Shown: in pieces, positions 21,715-37,922 of the stretch
Position numbering within the stretch: the stretch's first letter is position 1
How the letters are laid out: every line of letters starts with the position of its first letter
Source: Limnochordales bacterium
Lineage (GTDB): Bacteria; Bacillota; Limnochordia; Limnochordales; DUMU01
DNA length: 64,000 bases
Direction: 5' to 3'
Assembly (NCBI GenBank): GCA_014896315.1
Contig: JADBKP010000003.1
Span: 58,134-122,133, forward strand
Made by a program: the position numbers and the translations under genes
The notes under the pieces: model-generated
Databases searched by the model: none
Told to the model about the DNA's origin: nothing
The model's input: the letters and a program-made list of their open reading frames with translations, nothing else

Positions 21715-22263
21715 CTACTTCTTGCCTACCTTTCCGGCCTTGCCCGCCTTGCGCCGGATCCGCTCGCCCTCATAGCTGATACCCTTCCCCAGATAGGGCT
21801 CAACCGGACGAACCGCACGGATGCGGGCCGCCACCTGTCCCACCAGCTCCTTGTCCACACCACGCACGGTCATCTTGGTGGGAGTGGGTACGTCAATCTC
21901 GATACCGGGCGGTATCTCAATCTCCACCGGGTGGCTGAATCCTATGCTCAGAACCAGCTTGTTACCCTGCCGGGCGGCACGATAGCCAACCCCGGAGATC
22001 TCGAGAGCCTTCTGATAACCCTCTGTTACCCCGCGCACCATATTGGCGATCAGGGCGCGCGTCAGACCATGAAGCGCCCGGTGCTCCTTCTCGTCGCTGG
22101 GGCGCGTCACCTTAATGCTCCCGTCTACGACCTCTATCTTCATATCCGGGTGGAATTCCCGCTGCAACTCGCCCTTAGGACCCTTGACCCGGACAACATT
22201 GCCTTCCACCGCGACTTCCACCCCGGCCGGAATCTTCACCGGCATTCTGCCGATCCGTGACAC
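21715..22263 (-). CDS. rplF: 50S ribosomal protein L6
   Basis: [19 protein letters not shown] 22263 sits 7 nt after AAAGGAGG (track ORF extends to 22305). Confidence 0.94.
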   Translation of the reverse strand: MSRIGRMPVKIPAGVEVAVEGNVVRVKGPKGELQREFHPDMKIEVVDGSIKVTRPSDEKEHRALHGLTRALIANMVRGVTEGYQKALEISGVGYRAARQGNKLVLSIGFSHPVEIEIPPGIEIDVPTPTKMTVRGVDKELVGQVAARIRAVRPVEPYLGKGISYEGERIRRKAGKAGKVGKK

Positions 22264-22326
22264 GCCTGCGCCTCCTTTCTCCACATAGCTGATGAAGCCG
22301 TGCAACAGGCTTCAGGCAGTCTCCGC

Positions 22327-22725
22327 TTACCAAACGTAACAGACGACTTCGCCGCCAATACGCCTCCGCCTTGCCTCGCGGTCGGACATCACACCTTGTG
22401 GCGTAGTTAAGATAGCCACTCCCAGGCCCCCCAGCACCCTGGGTACACGGTCTTTGCTAACGTAGATGCGCAAACCGGGTTTGCTGATACGCCGAATGCC
22501 CGTCAGCGCTGCCCGCCGCCCCTCTCCGTACTTCAGGTGTAGGCGCAGCACCGGCTTGCTGTCGACCGTGATAACCTCGTACCCGCGTATGTATCCCTCT
22601 TCCTTGAGAATGCGGGCCAGCTCCAGCTTGAACCGGGAGTGCGGAACATCTACGCGCTCATGCCTCGCTGCGTAGGCATTTCTGAGTCTTGTCAGCATGT
22701 CTCCCACGGGATCAGTGATCGCCAT
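22327..22725 (-). CDS. rpsH: 30S ribosomal protein S8
   Basis: [13 protein letters not shown]; C-terminal GGEVVCYVW. Confidence 0.96.
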   Translation of the reverse strand: MAITDPVGDMLTRLRNAYAARHERVDVPHSRFKLELARILKEEGYIRGYEVITVDSKPVLRLHLKYGEGRRAALTGIRRISKPGLRIYVSKDRVPRVLGGLGVAILTTPQGVMSDREARRRRIGGEVVCYVW

Positions 22726-22740
22726 ACTCCCGACCTCCCT

Positions 22741-22926
22741 CTACCAGCTGGCCTTCCTTACCCCGGGAATCTCTCCGCGGCTTGCCAGGGTGCGGAAGCA
22801 GATTCTGCACATCTGGAATCGCCGCATAAAGGCCCGTGGCCGTCCACACAGCTTGCAGCGATTGTGTGCCCGAACCGCAAATTTCGGCTTTCGCAGGCTC
22901 TTTTGGATCATCGATTTCTTGGCCAC
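22741..22926 (-). CDS. rpsZ: 30S ribosomal protein S14, zinc-binding type Z
   Basis: 61 aa, CKLCGR...CRICFR, GVRKASW C-terminus. Confidence 0.95.
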   Translation of the reverse strand: MAKKSMIQKSLRKPKFAVRAHNRCKLCGRPRAFMRRFQMCRICFRTLASRGEIPGVRKASW

Positions 22927-22976
22927 CAGTCCACCTCCGCTCTAACCCTCCCGCTCCTTTTGGGCGGGAGCATCTC

Positions 22977-23522
22977 TCACGCGGCCCGGAAGGGCATTCC
23001 CAGGAGCCGCAATAGCTCGAGAGCCTCTTCATCAGTGCGGGCCGTGGTGTCGATGATCACGTCCATACCTCGCACCTGATCCACCTTGTCATAATCGATC
23101 TCCGGAAAAATCAGCTGTTCCTTGAGGCCCAACGCGTAATTGCCCCGCCCGTCAAACGACTTGGGCGACACTCCGTGAAAGTCCCGGATACGGGGCAGAG
23201 CTACGTTGATCAACTTGTCCAGGAAATAGTACATCCGGTCGCCCCGCAAGGTCACCATGCAGCCAATGGGCATCCCCTCCCGGATCTTGAAGGCCGCAAT
23301 TGACTTGCGTGCCCGCGTCAGTTTGGGCTTCTGCCCTGAAATGGCGGCCAGCTGCTCCATGGCTGCATCCAGGGCCTTGGGGTTCTGAACCGCTTCACCG
23401 ACGCCCATGTTTATGACAACCTTGTCAAGCTTCGGAACCTGCATGATGTTCTCGTAACCGAAACGCTTCATCAGCGCCGGTACCACTTCTTTTTGGTAGA
23501 GTTCCTTCAGCCGCGGTGCCAA
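22977..23522 (-). CDS. rplE: 50S ribosomal protein L5
   Basis: [42 protein letters not shown] 23522 follows GGAGGAGGGGAGAGC (track ORF extends to 23639). Confidence 0.94.
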   Translation of the reverse strand: MAPRLKELYQKEVVPALMKRFGYENIMQVPKLDKVVINMGVGEAVQNPKALDAAMEQLAAISGQKPKLTRARKSIAAFKIREGMPIGCMVTLRGDRMYYFLDKLINVALPRIRDFHGVSPKSFDGRGNYALGLKEQLIFPEIDYDKVDQVRGMDVIIDTTARTDEEALELLRLLGMPFRAA

Positions 23523-23550
23523 GCTCTCCCCTCCTCCCGTTTGCCTGGCT

Positions 23551-23895
23551 TCAGTCCATACTCTTTCCGCAGCGTGCGCAGACACGCACCCGCGTCCCGT
23601 CCGCCGCTCTCCTGTGTCGCTGGCGGCTGGGCTGATCACAACTGGGACAGACCACCATCAAGTTGGAGACATGGATCTTCCCCGGCCGTTCGACCACTCC
23701 CCCCTGCGGGTTCTGCCGGTCAGGACGGACGTGGCGCTTGATGATGTTCACACCCTCGACAATCGCCCGTGCCTCGCGGGGAAAGACCTCGAGGACCTTA
23801 CCACGTTTGCCGGCATCCTTCCCCGTGAGCACGGCCACCATGTCTCCCTTGCGAACATGCAGCTTTCTTACGGCGGTAACTTTGTGCATCACCAA
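23551..23895 (-). CDS. rplX: 50S ribosomal protein L24 (with CxxC...CxxC C-terminal ribbon)
   Basis: [27 protein letters not shown]; CPSC...CARCG. True start may be ATG 23889. Confidence 0.94.
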   Translation of the reverse strand: MVMHKVTAVRKLHVRKGDMVAVLTGKDAGKRGKVLEVFPREARAIVEGVNIIKRHVRPDRQNPQGGVVERPGKIHVSNLMVVCPSCDQPSRQRHRRAADGTRVRVCARCGKSMD

Positions 23896-23908
23896 AACCG
23901 CTCCTCTC

Positions 23909-24277
23909 CTACAGAACCTCTGGAGCGAGCGAGATGATCTTCATGAAGTTCTTGTCCCGCAGCTCCCGGGCAACGGGACCAAAGATACGCGTACCCCGCG
24001 GATCATTGTCGTCGTTGATGATCACCGCGGCATTCTCGTCGAACCGGATATACGAGCCATCCGGCCGAGCGGTGGGATACTTGGTACGCACCACCACCGC
24101 CTTTACCACCTCGCCCTTCTTGACCATGCCCCCGGGCGTAGCGGACTTAACCGAGCAGATGACCACGTCCCCCACGCCCGCATAGCGCCGCTTGCTGCCG
24201 CCCAGCACGCGGATGCAGAGGAGCTCCTTCGCTCCGGTATTATCAGCGGAAACCAGCACGCTCTCTTGCTGAATCAC
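23909..24277 (-). CDS. rplN: 50S ribosomal protein L14
   Basis: [29 protein letters not shown] 24277 follows GGGAGGAGCGATAGCA. Confidence 0.95.
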   Translation of the reverse strand: MIQQESVLVSADNTGAKELLCIRVLGGSKRRYAGVGDVVICSVKSATPGGMVKKGEVVKAVVVRTKYPTARPDGSYIRFDENAAVIINDDNDPRGTRIFGPVARELRDKNFMKIISLAPEVL

Positions 24278-24307
24278 TGCTATCGCTCCTCCCGGAACGT
24301 TCTTCAC

Positions 24308-24610
24308 TCAGACCTGCCGGCCGCGCTCCAGGATCTGTACTACTCGCCAGCGTTTCTCCTTGCTGAGCGGACGGGTTTCCATGAGCAGCACCCGATCGCC
24401 CACCCGGCACTCGTTCTTTTCGTCATGTGCTTTCAGGCGCTTGGTGCGCCGGATAACCTTGTGGTATCTGGGGTGGGCCACCAGCCGCTCCACCTCGACC
24501 ACCACCGTCTTGTCCATCTTATCGCTGACTACCACACCGACGCGAACCTTGCGCCGTCCTCGCGTGGCACTCGCGGCCGTCGTAGCCGTCTCAGCCATCA
24601 CCAAACTCAC
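24308..24610 (-). CDS. rpsQ: 30S ribosomal protein S17
   Basis: [32 protein letters not shown]. Start is either GTG 24610 (GTGA overlap with the rpmC stop) or ATG 24598. Confidence 0.94.
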   Translation of the reverse strand: MSLVMAETATTAASATRGRRKVRVGVVVSDKMDKTVVVEVERLVAHPRYHKVIRRTKRLKAHDEKNECRVGDRVLLMETRPLSKEKRWRVVQILERGRQV

Positions 24611-24819
24611 CTACCCTTCCCCTTCAGCTCCTGCAGCTCCCTTTCCCGCAGGATCGTCAGGATTCTCGCAATATCCTTGCGGACCTGCCTGATCCGACTG
24701 GTATTCTCCAGTTGGCCGGTGGCGAGCTGAAACCGGAGATTGAAAAGCTCCTCTCTCAGGCTACTCAAACGACGCTGCAGCTCATCATTGTCCAGCTGCC
24801 TGATTTCACTGGCTTTCAC
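24607..24819 (-). CDS. rpmC: 50S ribosomal protein L29
   Basis: [33 protein letters not shown] 24819 follows GGGGGTGG (track ORF extends to 24849). Confidence 0.93.
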   Translation of the reverse strand: MKASEIRQLDNDELQRRLSSLREELFNLRFQLATGQLENTSRIRQVRKDIARILTILRERELQELKGKGR

Positions 24820-25240
24820 CTGCCACCCCCGCCTCTCGTCTCGCCACAAACTTCGTCTTGATCGGCAGCTTGTGCCCGGCCAGACGCAATGCCTCCCTGG
24901 CCGTCTCCTCGGTAATCCCAGCTACCTCGAACAGGATCCGACCGGGTCGTACCACGGCCACCCAGTACTCGGGAGTACCTTTTCCGCTCCCCATACGGGT
25001 CTCCGCAGGCTTCTTCGTCACCGGCTTGTCAGGAAAGATCCGGATCCAAATCTTCCCGCCCCTCTTCAAATAGCGAGTGATAGCTATACGGGCCGCTTCG
25101 ATCTGGGTACTGGTTATCCAGGCCGGTTCCAGGGCCTGCAAGCCGTACTCGCCGAGTTGAACTTCACAGCCCCGGTACGCTTTACCGGTCATGCGTCCTC
25201 TCTGCTGCTTACGATACTTCACTCGCTTTGGCATCAACAT
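24806..25240 (-). CDS. rplP: 50S ribosomal protein L16
   Basis: [17 protein letters not shown]. Confidence 0.96.
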   Translation of the reverse strand: MLMPKRVKYRKQQRGRMTGKAYRGCEVQLGEYGLQALEPAWITSTQIEAARIAITRYLKRGGKIWIRIFPDKPVTKKPAETRMGSGKGTPEYWVAVVRPGRILFEVAGITEETAREALRLAGHKLPIKTKFVARREAGVAGESQ

Positions 25241-25241
25241 C

Positions 25242-25907
25242 TCATTCGGCCCCCGTCCCGGCGGCGACTGGAGCGCGATCGGTAAGAACGTCGCCTTTGT
25301 AAATCCATACCTTCACACCCAGCCGCCCGTAAGTGGTCTTGGCCTCCGCAAAACCGTAATCGATGTCCGCCCGCAAGGTATGGAGAGGAATCTTCCCCTC
25401 CGCCGTCCACTCCGTCCGCGCAATCTCGGCCCCGCCTATGCGCCCGGAAACGGCAATCTTAATCCCCTGCGCACCGCCCCGCATGGCACGCTGAACGGCT
25501 TGCTTCATTGCCCGGCGGAAGCTTACGCGCCGCTCCAGCTGGTAGGCAACGTTCTCTGCCACCAGCGTGGCATCTATGTCGGCGTTTTTCACCTCCACGA
25601 TGTTGACCTGCACATGCCGGCCGGTCTGGGCTTCCAGTTCCTTGCGCAGATTTTCAACCTCCTGCCCACCCTTGCCGATCAGCATGCCGGGCCTCGCCGT
25701 GTGGATCGTCAAACGGATCCGTCCTCCCGCCCGCTCAATCTCCACCCGGGAGATGCCGGCACTGAAGAAACGCTGTTTTACGTACCGGCGCAGCTTGATG
25801 TCCTCATGAAGCAGCGTCGCCAGCTCTTTCTTTCCCGCGTACCAGCGAGCATCCCAGTCACGGATGATCCCCAAGCGCAGGCCGCGCGGATCAACCTTCT
25901 GCCCCAC
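25242..25907 (-). CDS. rpsC: 30S ribosomal protein S3
   Basis: [26 protein letters not shown] domain. Confidence 0.96.
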   Translation of the reverse strand: MGQKVDPRGLRLGIIRDWDARWYAGKKELATLLHEDIKLRRYVKQRFFSAGISRVEIERAGGRIRLTIHTARPGMLIGKGGQEVENLRKELEAQTGRHVQVNIVEVKNADIDATLVAENVAYQLERRVSFRRAMKQAVQRAMRGGAQGIKIAVSGRIGGAEIARTEWTAEGKIPLHTLRADIDYGFAEAKTTYGRLGVKVWIYKGDVLTDRAPVAAGTGAE

Positions 25908-25911
25908 GCTT

Positions 25912-26247
25912 TCACTCCCTTTCCGCCACGACTACCGTGATATGGCTCGTGCGTTTCCGGATCGGGTCAGGACGCCCCCTGAACCCCGGACGCCACCGCT
26001 TGAGCATCGGACCCTCGTCCACGAACGCCCGGGCTATATAAAGCCGACCGCGATTCATCTGATGATTGTTCTCCGCGTTGGCCGCCGCCGACCGGACCAC
26101 CTTCTCCAGGGGGCGAGCGGCGGACTTGTGTACGGCCCGCAGTATCTGCAAGGCTTCGTCGACATCCCGTCCCCGGATCAGCGCCAGCACCTGCCGCACC
26201 TTGAGGGGCGAAACCCTTACGTAGCGGGCTACCGCTCGTGCCTCCAC
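25912..26247 (-). CDS. rplV: 50S ribosomal protein L22
   Basis: [20 protein letters not shown]. Confidence 0.95.
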   Translation of the reverse strand: MEARAVARYVRVSPLKVRQVLALIRGRDVDEALQILRAVHKSAARPLEKVVRSAAANAENNHQMNRGRLYIARAFVDEGPMLKRWRPGFRGRPDPIRKRTSHITVVVAERE

Positions 26248-26259
26248 CGGCCTACCTCC

Positions 26260-26544
26260 TCACTTGAGCGCCGTGGAACGCTCAGTATGCGCTCCGTGCC
26301 CCCGGAAGGTCCGGGTCGGCGCAAATTCACCGAGTTTGTGCCCCACCATTTCCTCGGTTATATAGACGGGCACATGCTTGCGCCCATCGTAGACGGCAAT
26401 GGTGTGGCCAACCATCTCCGGAAAGATCGTCGAGCGCCGGGACCAGGTCTTGATGACCCGTTTCTCTCCCGCCTCGTTGAGCGCCCGGATCTTTTTGAGC
26501 AGGTGCTCATCAGCAAACGGCCCTTTCTTCTTCGAACGCCCCAT
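26260..26544 (-). CDS. rpsS: 30S ribosomal protein S19
   Basis: [19 protein letters not shown]..., [18 protein letters not shown] 26544 (track ORF extends to 26595). Confidence 0.95.
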   Translation of the reverse strand: MGRSKKKGPFADEHLLKKIRALNEAGEKRVIKTWSRRSTIFPEMVGHTIAVYDGRKHVPVYITEEMVGHKLGEFAPTRTFRGHGAHTERSTALK

Positions 26545-26575
26545 TGTCCGCCTCCTCTCCTTGCCTCGCAAGACA

Positions 26576-27403
26576 CTACTTGCGCCGCCGCACAATGAAA
26601 CGATCCGACGGCTTATTCGGTTTGCGTGTCTTGTATCCCAACGTAGGCTTGCCCCAAGGCGTCACCGGAGAAGGCATACCAATCGGCGACTTGCCCTCAC
26701 CGCCGCCGTGCGGATGGTCGACCGGGTTCATCACAACGCCTCGCACATGCGGCCGCAGTCCCAGCCAGCGGCTACGACCGGCCTTCCCCAGTCTCACATT
26801 CTCCCAATCCAGATTGCCGACCTGCCCAATGGTGGCCCGACACTCCGCCAGCACCATGCGGTACTCTCCGGACGGCAACCGGAGCGTTACGTATCGCCCT
26901 TCCTTTGCCATCACCTGCGCGCCGGCGCCGGCCGCGCGAACCAGCTGACCACCCTTGCCCGGATACAGTTCCACGTTGTGAACTGTCGTTCCGACCGGGA
27001 TGTTGGCCAGAGGCAGACAGTTGCCCACCTTGATGTCGGCGTCCGGGCCGCTCATTACGACGTCGCCAACCTTCAACCCGTCCGGGGCAATGATATACCG
27101 CTTCTCGCCGTCGACATAGTGCAGCAAGGCGATCCGTGCCGTGCGGTTGGGATCGTATTCGATAGCCGCCACCTTGGCCGGAATGCCATCCTTGCGCCGA
27201 ACGAAATCAATAATCCGGTAGTGTCGCGCGGCCCCGCCGCCCCGATGCCGGCTGGTAATCCGTCCCTGCGCGTTCCGCCCGGCATGTTTCTTCAGCCGCA
27301 CGACCAGCGACCGCTCCGGCTCCTTCTTGGTGATCTCCTCGAACGTGGAGACCGTCATTCCCCGCCGGCCGGGCGAAGTCGGCTTAAAAGTCTTGACCGG
27401 CAT
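26576..27403 (-). CDS. rplB: 50S ribosomal protein L2
   Basis: [29 protein letters not shown]. Confidence 0.97.
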   Translation of the reverse strand: MPVKTFKPTSPGRRGMTVSTFEEITKKEPERSLVVRLKKHAGRNAQGRITSRHRGGGAARHYRIIDFVRRKDGIPAKVAAIEYDPNRTARIALLHYVDGEKRYIIAPDGLKVGDVVMSGPDADIKVGNCLPLANIPVGTTVHNVELYPGKGGQLVRAAGAGAQVMAKEGRYVTLRLPSGEYRMVLAECRATIGQVGNLDWENVRLGKAGRSRWLGLRPHVRGVVMNPVDHPHGGGEGKSPIGMPSPVTPWGKPTLGYKTRKPNKPSDRFIVRRRK

Positions 27404-27439
27404 GCAGTGTCACCCTTCCCCTAATAGCCACTGGTAAAG

Positions 27440-27727
27440 TCAGATACCTTCAAAGGCCTGGATTCGCTCGCCCTCAGCCAGCGTGACAATGGCCTTCTTT
27501 CGGTCCGGCAGCCGACCGGTAAAGCGGCCGACTCGCCGAACCTTGCCGGGAATCCGCACGGTGTTTACGGCCACCACACGCACCTTGAAGAGCTGCTCCA
27601 CCGCCTTCCGTATCTGGATCTTGTTGGCGTCAGGATGCACCTCGAAAGTGTACTGGTTGTGCTTCTCCATAAGCCGGTGGCTCTTCTCCGTAATCAGAGG
27701 CCTGATCAGGATCTCCCTGGGATCCAT
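27440..27727 (-). CDS. rplW: 50S ribosomal protein L23
   Basis: [15 protein letters not shown]; ATG 27727 overlaps the rplD stop (TGATG). Confidence 0.94.
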   Translation of the reverse strand: MDPREILIRPLITEKSHRLMEKHNQYTFEVHPDANKIQIRKAVEQLFKVRVVAVNTVRIPGKVRRVGRFTGRLPDRKKAIVTLAEGERIQAFEGI

Positions 27728-28359
27728 CAGCCCCACACCTCCTCCACCCTCTCCACTGCCGCCTTGGAGAGGATCAGGTGACGGTGGGCAGTGACCGCAT
27801 ATGGATTCAGGTCCTCCGCCCGCAGCGTGCTCACGCCCGGGATGTTGCGGGAGGCCAGCATCACGTTCCTGCGCGCCTCGGCGTCTGCACCGTCCAGGAC
27901 GATCAGCGCAGTGGAGACCTTTAGATTCTTAAGAATCCGGGCCATCGCTGCCGTTTTCGGCTCGGCCAGGCGCAGGTCATCAACCACAAGGATCTCGCCA
28001 TCCCGCGCCTTGCCGGACAGAGCTGACCTCAGTGCTTGCCGGCGAGCCTTCTTATTCAACGAGTAACCATACTCGCGCGGCTTGGGTCCAAAGACCACTC
28101 CGCCGCCCACCCAGTGCGGGGCCCTGATACTCCCCTGGCGGGCGCGACCGGTCCCCTTTTGCCGCCACGGCTTGCGGCCACCACCCGACACCTCCCCCCG
28201 CGTCTTCGTGGAAGCGGTGCCCTGCCGCTGCCGCGCTAGTTGCGCAATCACCGCCTCATGAATCAGTGCCTCATTCACTTCCACACCGAAAACGCTCTCG
28301 GGGAGCTCAATCTCACCGATCGTCTCCCCTTCGAGGTTGAGCAATGGCGCTTTAGGCAC
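27727..28359 (-). CDS. rplD: 50S ribosomal protein L4
   Basis: [19 protein letters not shown]. Confidence 0.96.
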   Translation of the reverse strand: MPKAPLLNLEGETIGEIELPESVFGVEVNEALIHEAVIAQLARQRQGTASTKTRGEVSGGGRKPWRQKGTGRARQGSIRAPHWVGGGVVFGPKPREYGYSLNKKARRQALRSALSGKARDGEILVVDDLRLAEPKTAAMARILKNLKVSTALIVLDGADAEARRNVMLASRNIPGVSTLRAEDLNPYAVTAHRHLILSKAAVERVEEVWG

Positions 28360-29008
28360 TCTTACGCCCCTCCTTTACGCTGCGCCGCACCACCACCAGG
28401 CTGCCCTTGGGACCCGGTACAGCACCGCGCACAAGAAGCAGGTTTGTCTCCGGATCCACCCGCATTACTTCGAGATTCAGCACGGTGACGCGACGCCCAC
28501 CTGTCCTCCCGGGCATCTTCTTCCCCGGAAAGACCCGCTGCGGCGCGGTCGCACCCAGAGTGCCGACCCGCCGATGGTACATAGACCCGTGGCTCATCGG
28601 CCCCCGGCGGTTTCCGTACCGCTTAATCACTCCCTGGAATCCCTTGCCCCGAGAGGTGCCGATAACGTCGACTCGCTGCCCTGGACGGAAAAGATCCACC
28701 TTCAGGACCTCGCCCACCTGAATGCTGGCGGCCTCCTGCGGATCCCAGCGTATCTCCCGCAACCACCGCAGCGGTTTCAAATTGGCCCGGGCAAAATGCC
28801 CGCGCAGCGGTTTGTTAACACGGCGCTCCTTGACCGCGCCAAACCCGAGCTGCAGGGCGCTGTAACCGTCCTTCTCGACGGTCTTCTTCTGCACAACCGG
28901 ACAGGGCCCGACTTCCAATACGGTGACGGGCACCCTCTCGCCCTCGTCAGTAAAGATCTGTGTCATTCCCAGTTTTCGGCCGAGTAGACCCTGGGTTGGT
29001 CCGGCCAT
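28352..29008 (-). CDS. rplC: 50S ribosomal protein L3
   Basis: [20 protein letters not shown] 29008 follows GAGGGGGA (track ORF extends to 29062). Confidence 0.95.
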   Translation of the reverse strand: MAGPTQGLLGRKLGMTQIFTDEGERVPVTVLEVGPCPVVQKKTVEKDGYSALQLGFGAVKERRVNKPLRGHFARANLKPLRWLREIRWDPQEAASIQVGEVLKVDLFRPGQRVDVIGTSRGKGFQGVIKRYGNRRGPMSHGSMYHRRVGTLGATAPQRVFPGKKMPGRTGGRRVTVLNLEVMRVDPETNLLLVRGAVPGPKGSLVVVRRSVKEGRKSA

Positions 29009-29058
29009 AACCAGTCCCCCTCTCACCACCTGCGTCTGCCCGGCTGCAAGACACCGTC

Positions 29059-29364
29059 TCACTTGATCTCGATATCCACGCCAGCGGGCAGATCCAGCCG
29101 CATCAGCGCGTCCACGGTCTTACTGGTCGGTTCCCAGATATCGATGAGCCGCTTGTGCGTCCGCATTTCGAACTGTTCGCGCGAATCCTTGTCAATGTGG
29201 GGCGAACGCAGCACGGTAAAGACACTCCGTTCGGTTGGCAGCGGTATGGGACCGGCTACAACCGCCCCGGTGCGACGGGCCGTCTCCACGATCTTTTGGG
29301 CCGAGGCGTCCAACAGCCGGTGGTCAAATCCCTTCAGACGAATCCTGATCCTTTGCCCTGCCAT
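29059..29364 (-). CDS. rpsJ: 30S ribosomal protein S10
   Basis: [19 protein letters not shown]. Track ORF extends to 29391. Confidence 0.95.
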   Translation of the reverse strand: MAGQRIRIRLKGFDHRLLDASAQKIVETARRTGAVVAGPIPLPTERSVFTVLRSPHIDKDSREQFEMRTHKRLIDIWEPTSKTVDALMRLDLPAGVDIEIK

Positions 29365-29495
29365 CATTGCCCCCCTCTCTTTGCCAGGCATGTTTGAGGG
29401 CGCAGGTTCGGGCAGCGCCGAGCCCTGCGCCCCCTGTACAAACTCAAGGTCCTACCATTCAAAGCCGCAACAGACCCACAAGCGCCCGGATAAGC

Positions 29496-30695
29496 TCAGG
29501 CCAGGATCTTCGTCACGACTCCGGCACCCACCGTCCGGCCGCCCTCGCGAATCGCAAACCGCAGGCCTTCCTCCAGGGCGACGGGGGTGATCAGCTCGGC
29601 AGTAATCGTCACGTTGTCGCCGGGCATCACCATTTCCGTCCCCTCCGGCAACTTCACCTCGCCGGTCACATCCGTAGTCCGGAAGTAGAATTGCGGCCGG
29701 TAGCCGTTGAAGAACGGCGTATGCCGTCCGCCTTCCTCCTTGGTCAGAACGTACACCGAGCCCTCGAACTTGGTGTGCGGCGTAATCGAACCCGGCTTCG
29801 CCAAAACCTGGCCGCGCTCCACCTCGTCCCTGTCGATTCCCCGCAGCAACACACCGATGTTGTCGCCAGCCTCGGCCACGTCCAGCGTCTTACGGAACAT
29901 CTCAACGCCGGTCGCCACAGTCTTGCGCGGCTCGGGACGCAGCCCGACGATCTCCAGTTCGTCACCAACTTTCACCTGGCCGCGCTCGACCCTGCCGGTT
30001 GCCACCGTACCACGCCCCGTGATGCTAAAGACGTCCTCCACCGGCATCAAGAAAGGCTTGTCGACATCGCGCTGCGGCGTCGGGATATAATTGTCCACCG
30101 CATCGAGCAACTTGGCCAGGGACTGGCAATACTCGCACTGGCCGCATGCGCCGCACTCGAGCACCTTTAGCGCCGAACCGGCAATGACCGGGATCTCGTC
30201 GCCCGGGAACTCATACTTGGAGAGCAGTTCCCGCACTTCCATCTCGACCAGTTCCAGAAGCTCGGGGTCATCCACCATGTCCGCCTTGTTCAGGAAAACG
30301 ACGATCGCCGGCACTCCTACCTGGCGGGCCAGCAGAATGTGCTCCCGCGTTTGCGGCATCGGACCGTCAGCAGCCGAAACCACCAGGATTGCGCCGTCCA
30401 TTTGGGCCGCACCGGTGATCATGTTCTTGATGTAGTCGGCGTGACCAGGGCAGTCGACGTGCGCGTAGTGCCGCTTATCCGTCTCGTACTCGACGTGAGC
30501 AGTATTAATGGTGATACCACGAGCCTTCTCTTCGGGAGCGTTGTCGATCTCGTCGTACCTCTTGTACTGCGCCTTACCCTGCTTGGAAAGGTACAGCGTA
30601 ATCGCAGCCGTCAAGGTCGTCTTGCCATGGTCGACGTGACCAATAGTGCCGACATTGACGTGCGGCTTGGTCCGTATAAACTTCTGTTTCGCCAT
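29496..30695 (-). CDS. tuf: elongation factor Tu
   Basis: [42 protein letters not shown] 30695 sits 8 nt after AAGGAGG. Confidence 0.98.
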   Translation of the reverse strand: MAKQKFIRTKPHVNVGTIGHVDHGKTTLTAAITLYLSKQGKAQYKRYDEIDNAPEEKARGITINTAHVEYETDKRHYAHVDCPGHADYIKNMITGAAQMDGAILVVSAADGPMPQTREHILLARQVGVPAIVVFLNKADMVDDPELLELVEMEVRELLSKYEFPGDEIPVIAGSALKVLECGACGQCEYCQSLAKLLDAVDNYIPTPQRDVDKPFLMPVEDVFSITGRGTVATGRVERGQVKVGDELEIVGLRPEPRKTVATGVEMFRKTLDVAEAGDNIGVLLRGIDRDEVERGQVLAKPGSITPHTKFEGSVYVLTKEEGGRHTPFFNGYRPQFYFRTTDVTGEVKLPEGTEMVMPGDNVTITAELITPVALEEGLRFAIREGGRTVGAGVVTKILA

Positions 30696-30809
30696 TTCCA
30701 TAGCCTCCTTCAATCTTGGCCGCTCCTGCGGCCGGTTGCCTCAAATGCCGTGCACCTAAGGCACTACTGCATTTCTCCCTGTTGTCCTGCCGGTCCGTCC
30801 GCCGGTCCT

Positions 30810-32879
30810 TTACCGAGCGCTCAATACCTCCTGAGCGACGCTGCTTGGCACCTCCTCGTAATGAGAGAACTCCATGGTATACGTGGCCCGCCCCTGAGTC
30901 ATTGAGCGCAGATCGGTCGCATAGCCGAACATTGTTGCCAGCGGCACGAGTGCGCTCACCACCTGAGCGTTACCCCGCCGGTCCATGCCGTTGATTCGGC
31001 CCCGACGTGCGTTTAGATCACCCATGACGTCGCCCAGGAACTCTTCAGGCGTTACCACTTCCACCTTCATGATCGGTTCAAGCAGCACCGGGTCGGCCTG
31101 CCGGGCAGCTTCCTTGAAGCCCATGGACGCGGCTATCTTGAAAGCCATCTCCGACGAGTCGACCTCATGGTACGAACCATCCACCAGGCTGACGCGGACG
31201 TCTACCACCGGATACCCGGCCAGCACACCCGTGCTCATCGCTTCCCTTATACCCGCTTCGACAGCCGGGATGTACTCCTTCGGCACTACGCCGCCCACGA
31301 TCTTGTTCACAAACTCGAATCCCGAGCCCGGGGGCAGCGGCTCAAGCTCCAACCAGACATGCCCGTACTGACCACGACCGCCCGTCTGGCGAATGAACCG
31401 GCCTTCCGCTCGCGCCGGCCTACGGATGGTCTCGCGGTAGGCGACCTGCGGCTTGCCCACCTTGGCTTCGACTTTGAATTCCCGCATCAACCGGTCGACA
31501 ATGATCTCCAGGTGCAGTTCACCCATGCCGGAGATGACCGTCTGGCCGGTCTCCTCGTCCTGGCGTACCCGGAAAGTGGGATCCTCCTCGGCCAGACGCT
31601 GCAGGGCGATGGCCAGTTTATCCTGGTCGGCCTTGCTCTTGGGTTCAATGGCCTGGGAGATGACCGGCTCGGGGAACTTGAGCGACTCCAGGACAATGGG
31701 ATGCGCTTCATCACAAAGCGTATCGCCCGTCGTCGTATCCCTGAGTCCCACCGCCGCAACGATATCGCCCGTGACAACCTCTTCTACTTCCTCCCGGTGG
31801 TTGGCATGCATCCGCACCAGGCGGCCGAACCTCTCCTTTCGGTCCTTGGTCGCGTTGTAGACGTACGACCCCGCCTTGACGCGCCCCGAATAGACCCGGA
31901 AGTAGCAGAGCTTGCCTACAAACGGGTCGGTCTGGATCTTAAACGCTAGCGCCGTGAAGGGTTCCTCATCAGACGGCCGCCGCTCGACCACCTCCTCCGT
32001 CCCGGGCACCATCCCCTTAACCGACGGCAAATCTAACGGGGAGGGGAGGTAGTCGACGATGGCGTCAAGCAACAACTGGACCCCTTTGTTCTTGAAGGAC
32101 GAGCCGCAGAGCACTGGGACGAGTGCTCCCGATATACACGCAGCACGCAAAGCCTTCTTGAGATCCTGCGGGCTGATCTCTCCACCCTCAATGTAGCGTT
32201 GCAGCAGCTCCTCGTCAGTCTCCACTATCTTTTCTATCATGGCCTCACGGGCTGCCGCCGCCTCATCGGCGAGTTCCGCGGGGATGGAGTCCTCCTCGAT
32301 CCGGGTTCCAAGGTCATCCGCATAAATATAGGCCTTGTTCTCTACCAGATCCACCATGCCGCGGAAGGAATCCTCGACACCGATGGGAAGCTGGATTGGT
32401 ACCGGATTTGCCCCCAGCCTTTCCCTGATCTGCTTAACCACCCGGAGGAAGTCGGCACCCACCCGGTCCATCTTGTTTACATACGCGATCCTCGGGACGT
32501 TGTACTTATCAGCCTGACGCCAGACTGTCTCCGACTGCGGCTCCACCCCTCCTACCGAGTCGAATACCGCTACCGCCCCATCGAGGACGCGCAGTGAACG
32601 CTCTACTTCGACCGTAAAATCCACGTGTCCGGGAGTGTCTATTATGTTAATCTCATGACCCCGCCACAAGCAGGTCGTCGCTGCCGAGGTGATCGTGATC
32701 CCCCGTTCGCGCTCCTGCACCATCCAGTCCATGGTGGCGGTCCCTTCATGCACCTCGCCGATCTTGTGAACCCGGCCGGTGTAGAAGAGGATGCGCTCCG
32801 TGGTAGTGGTCTTGCCAGCATCGATGTGTGCCATGATTCCGATGTTGCGTACTCGTTCAAGAGGTACCGATCTTGCCAC
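30810..32879 (-). CDS. fusA: elongation factor G
   Basis: [28 protein letters not shown] 32879 follows AAGGAGGGCAGCGCA (track ORF extends to 32930). Confidence 0.97.
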   Translation of the reverse strand: MARSVPLERVRNIGIMAHIDAGKTTTTERILFYTGRVHKIGEVHEGTATMDWMVQERERGITITSAATTCLWRGHEINIIDTPGHVDFTVEVERSLRVLDGAVAVFDSVGGVEPQSETVWRQADKYNVPRIAYVNKMDRVGADFLRVVKQIRERLGANPVPIQLPIGVEDSFRGMVDLVENKAYIYADDLGTRIEEDSIPAELADEAAAAREAMIEKIVETDEELLQRYIEGGEISPQDLKKALRAACISGALVPVLCGSSFKNKGVQLLLDAIVDYLPSPLDLPSVKGMVPGTEEVVERRPSDEEPFTALAFKIQTDPFVGKLCYFRVYSGRVKAGSYVYNATKDRKERFGRLVRMHANHREEVEEVVTGDIVAAVGLRDTTTGDTLCDEAHPIVLESLKFPEPVISQAIEPKSKADQDKLAIALQRLAEEDPTFRVRQDEETGQTVISGMGELHLEIIVDRLMREFKVEAKVGKPQVAYRETIRRPARAEGRFIRQTGGRGQYGHVWLELEPLPPGSGFEFVNKIVGGVVPKEYIPAVEAGIREAMSTGVLAGYPVVDVRVSLVDGSYHEVDSSEMAFKIAASMGFKEAARQADPVLLEPIMKVEVVTPEEFLGDVMGDLNARRGRINGMDRRGNAQVVSALVPLATMFGYATDLRSMTQGRATYTMEFSHYEEVPSSVAQEVLSAR

Positions 32880-32972
32880 TGCGCTGCCCTCCTTTCCTTG
32901 CCTGTATCGCTTTCCAGTGTTCTCCCACAAATGGCCGCCCTCAGGGCGGCCCGTGCTTTCTGAAGAGCATGC

Positions 32973-33446
32973 TCACCAGCGATAATGAGCAAAGGCCCGG
33001 TTGGCCTCGGCCATTCGGTGAGTATCCTCGCGCTTTTTGACAGCACCGCCCTGGCCGTTGGCCGCATCCATGATCTCGGCCGCCAGCTTCTCTACCATAG
33101 TGCGCTTATCGCCACGGAGCCGGGCGTATCCTACCAGCCACCGCAACCCCAGTGACTCACGCCGCTCCGGCCGAACCTCCATCGGCACCTGATAGGTTGC
33201 CCCGCCGACACGCCGCGGCCTCACTTCTAGAACCGGCATCACATTCTTGAGCGCCTGTTCAAAAACCTCGAGCGGATCACGGCCCGTCTTGGCCGCCACT
33301 TCTTTCAGCGCCGAATAAACTATCTTCTGGGCCAAGCTCTTCTTGCCGTCCTTCATGACGACGTTTATCAACGCCGTAACCAGCGGACTGCCATACACCG
33401 GATCTGGTAGCCTTGGCCGGCGCGGAACAGGACCCCGTCTTGGCAT
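32973..33446 (-). CDS. rpsG: 30S ribosomal protein S7
   Basis: [10 protein letters not shown]...; C-terminal AFAHYRW. Confidence 0.97.
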   Translation of the reverse strand: MPRRGPVPRRPRLPDPVYGSPLVTALINVVMKDGKKSLAQKIVYSALKEVAAKTGRDPLEVFEQALKNVMPVLEVRPRRVGGATYQVPMEVRPERRESLGLRWLVGYARLRGDKRTMVEKLAAEIMDAANGQGGAVKKREDTHRMAEANRAFAHYRW

Positions 33447-33466
33447 ATCGCTACTTCCTCCTCAGC

Positions 33467-33880
33467 TCACTTTGGCCGCTTGGCACCGTACTTGCTGCGC
33501 CCCTGGCGACGATCAGCAACCCCGGCTGCATCCAGCGCACCGCGGATAATATGGTAACGAATACCGGGCAAGTCCTTCACACGTCCGCCGCGGATGAGAA
33601 CCACCGAGTGCTCTTGCAGGTTATGGCCCTCGCCAGGAATGTAGGCGGTGACTTCCACACCATTGGTGAGGCGTACACGGGCGATCTTCCGCAGAGCCGA
33701 GTTAGGCTTCTTCGGGGTCATCGTGGTGACTCGCGTACAAACCCCCCGCTTCTGCGGCGATCCTTCCCCGTAGGTCACCTCATCCTTGAGTGTGTTCCGG
33801 ACAAAGTGAAGCGCCGGGGACTTGCTTTTCTCCCTCAACCGCTTCCGGCCATGACGGACCAGTTGATTGATTGTCGGCAT
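33467..33880 (-). CDS. rpsL: 30S ribosomal protein S12
   Basis: [24 protein letters not shown]. Confidence 0.97.
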   Translation of the reverse strand: MPTINQLVRHGRKRLREKSKSPALHFVRNTLKDEVTYGEGSPQKRGVCTRVTTMTPKKPNSALRKIARVRLTNGVEVTAYIPGEGHNLQEHSVVLIRGGRVKDLPGIRYHIIRGALDAAGVADRRQGRSKYGAKRPK

Positions 33881-33882
33881 TA

Positions 33883-34146
33883 CTACGCTCCTTTCCACCC
33901 GCCACGTGCAGAGAGAACGGCCGCCGCAGCTGCGCCGACCGCTATCCCGCAGATTCGGCCAAGCTCTTCCATACTTTCTGCCTCAACGACCGGAACTCCG
34001 GCCCGCTCACAGGCTTCCCTGATCGGACGGACCACCCGCTCATCGGCATCACGGGCAATATAAACGGTCTGTGCCTCGCCTCGTTCTACCGCACGCAGCG
34101 TCTGTTTTGCTCCCACCACGCGGCGGGCGGCATCTGTCAAATCCAT
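33883..34146 (-). CDS. ribosomal L7Ae-family protein (rpoC-rpsL intergenic family, YbxF-like)
   Basis: [26 protein letters not shown] pattern. ATG 34146 follows GGAGGAGACGTT. Conserved Firmicute position. Confidence 0.8.
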   Translation of the reverse strand: MDLTDAARRVVGAKQTLRAVERGEAQTVYIARDADERVVRPIREACERAGVPVVEAESMEELGRICGIAVGAAAAAVLSARGGWKGA

Positions 34147-34296
34147 AACGTCTCCTCCGCTGCGGCTTCTTGTCTCACTCGAATCGACCATGTTTGCCCC
34201 GCCCGTTGCCCGCACAATCGCGCGGACAGGGAGGGAGCGACACACACCAAGAGAGTATATCTCCCCGCCCCCGCCCTGTCAACCAACTCTTCGCTC

Positions 34297-37905
<3,609 letters not shown>

Positions 37906-37922
37906 GTTGTCTGCCCCCTTGC

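Noticed and set aside
29398-29432. 9-bp GC hairpin between tuf and rpsJ, considered as a terminator or S10-leader element
   Set aside because: No U-tract follows it on the minus strand, and I cannot match it to a known leader. I left it unannotated.
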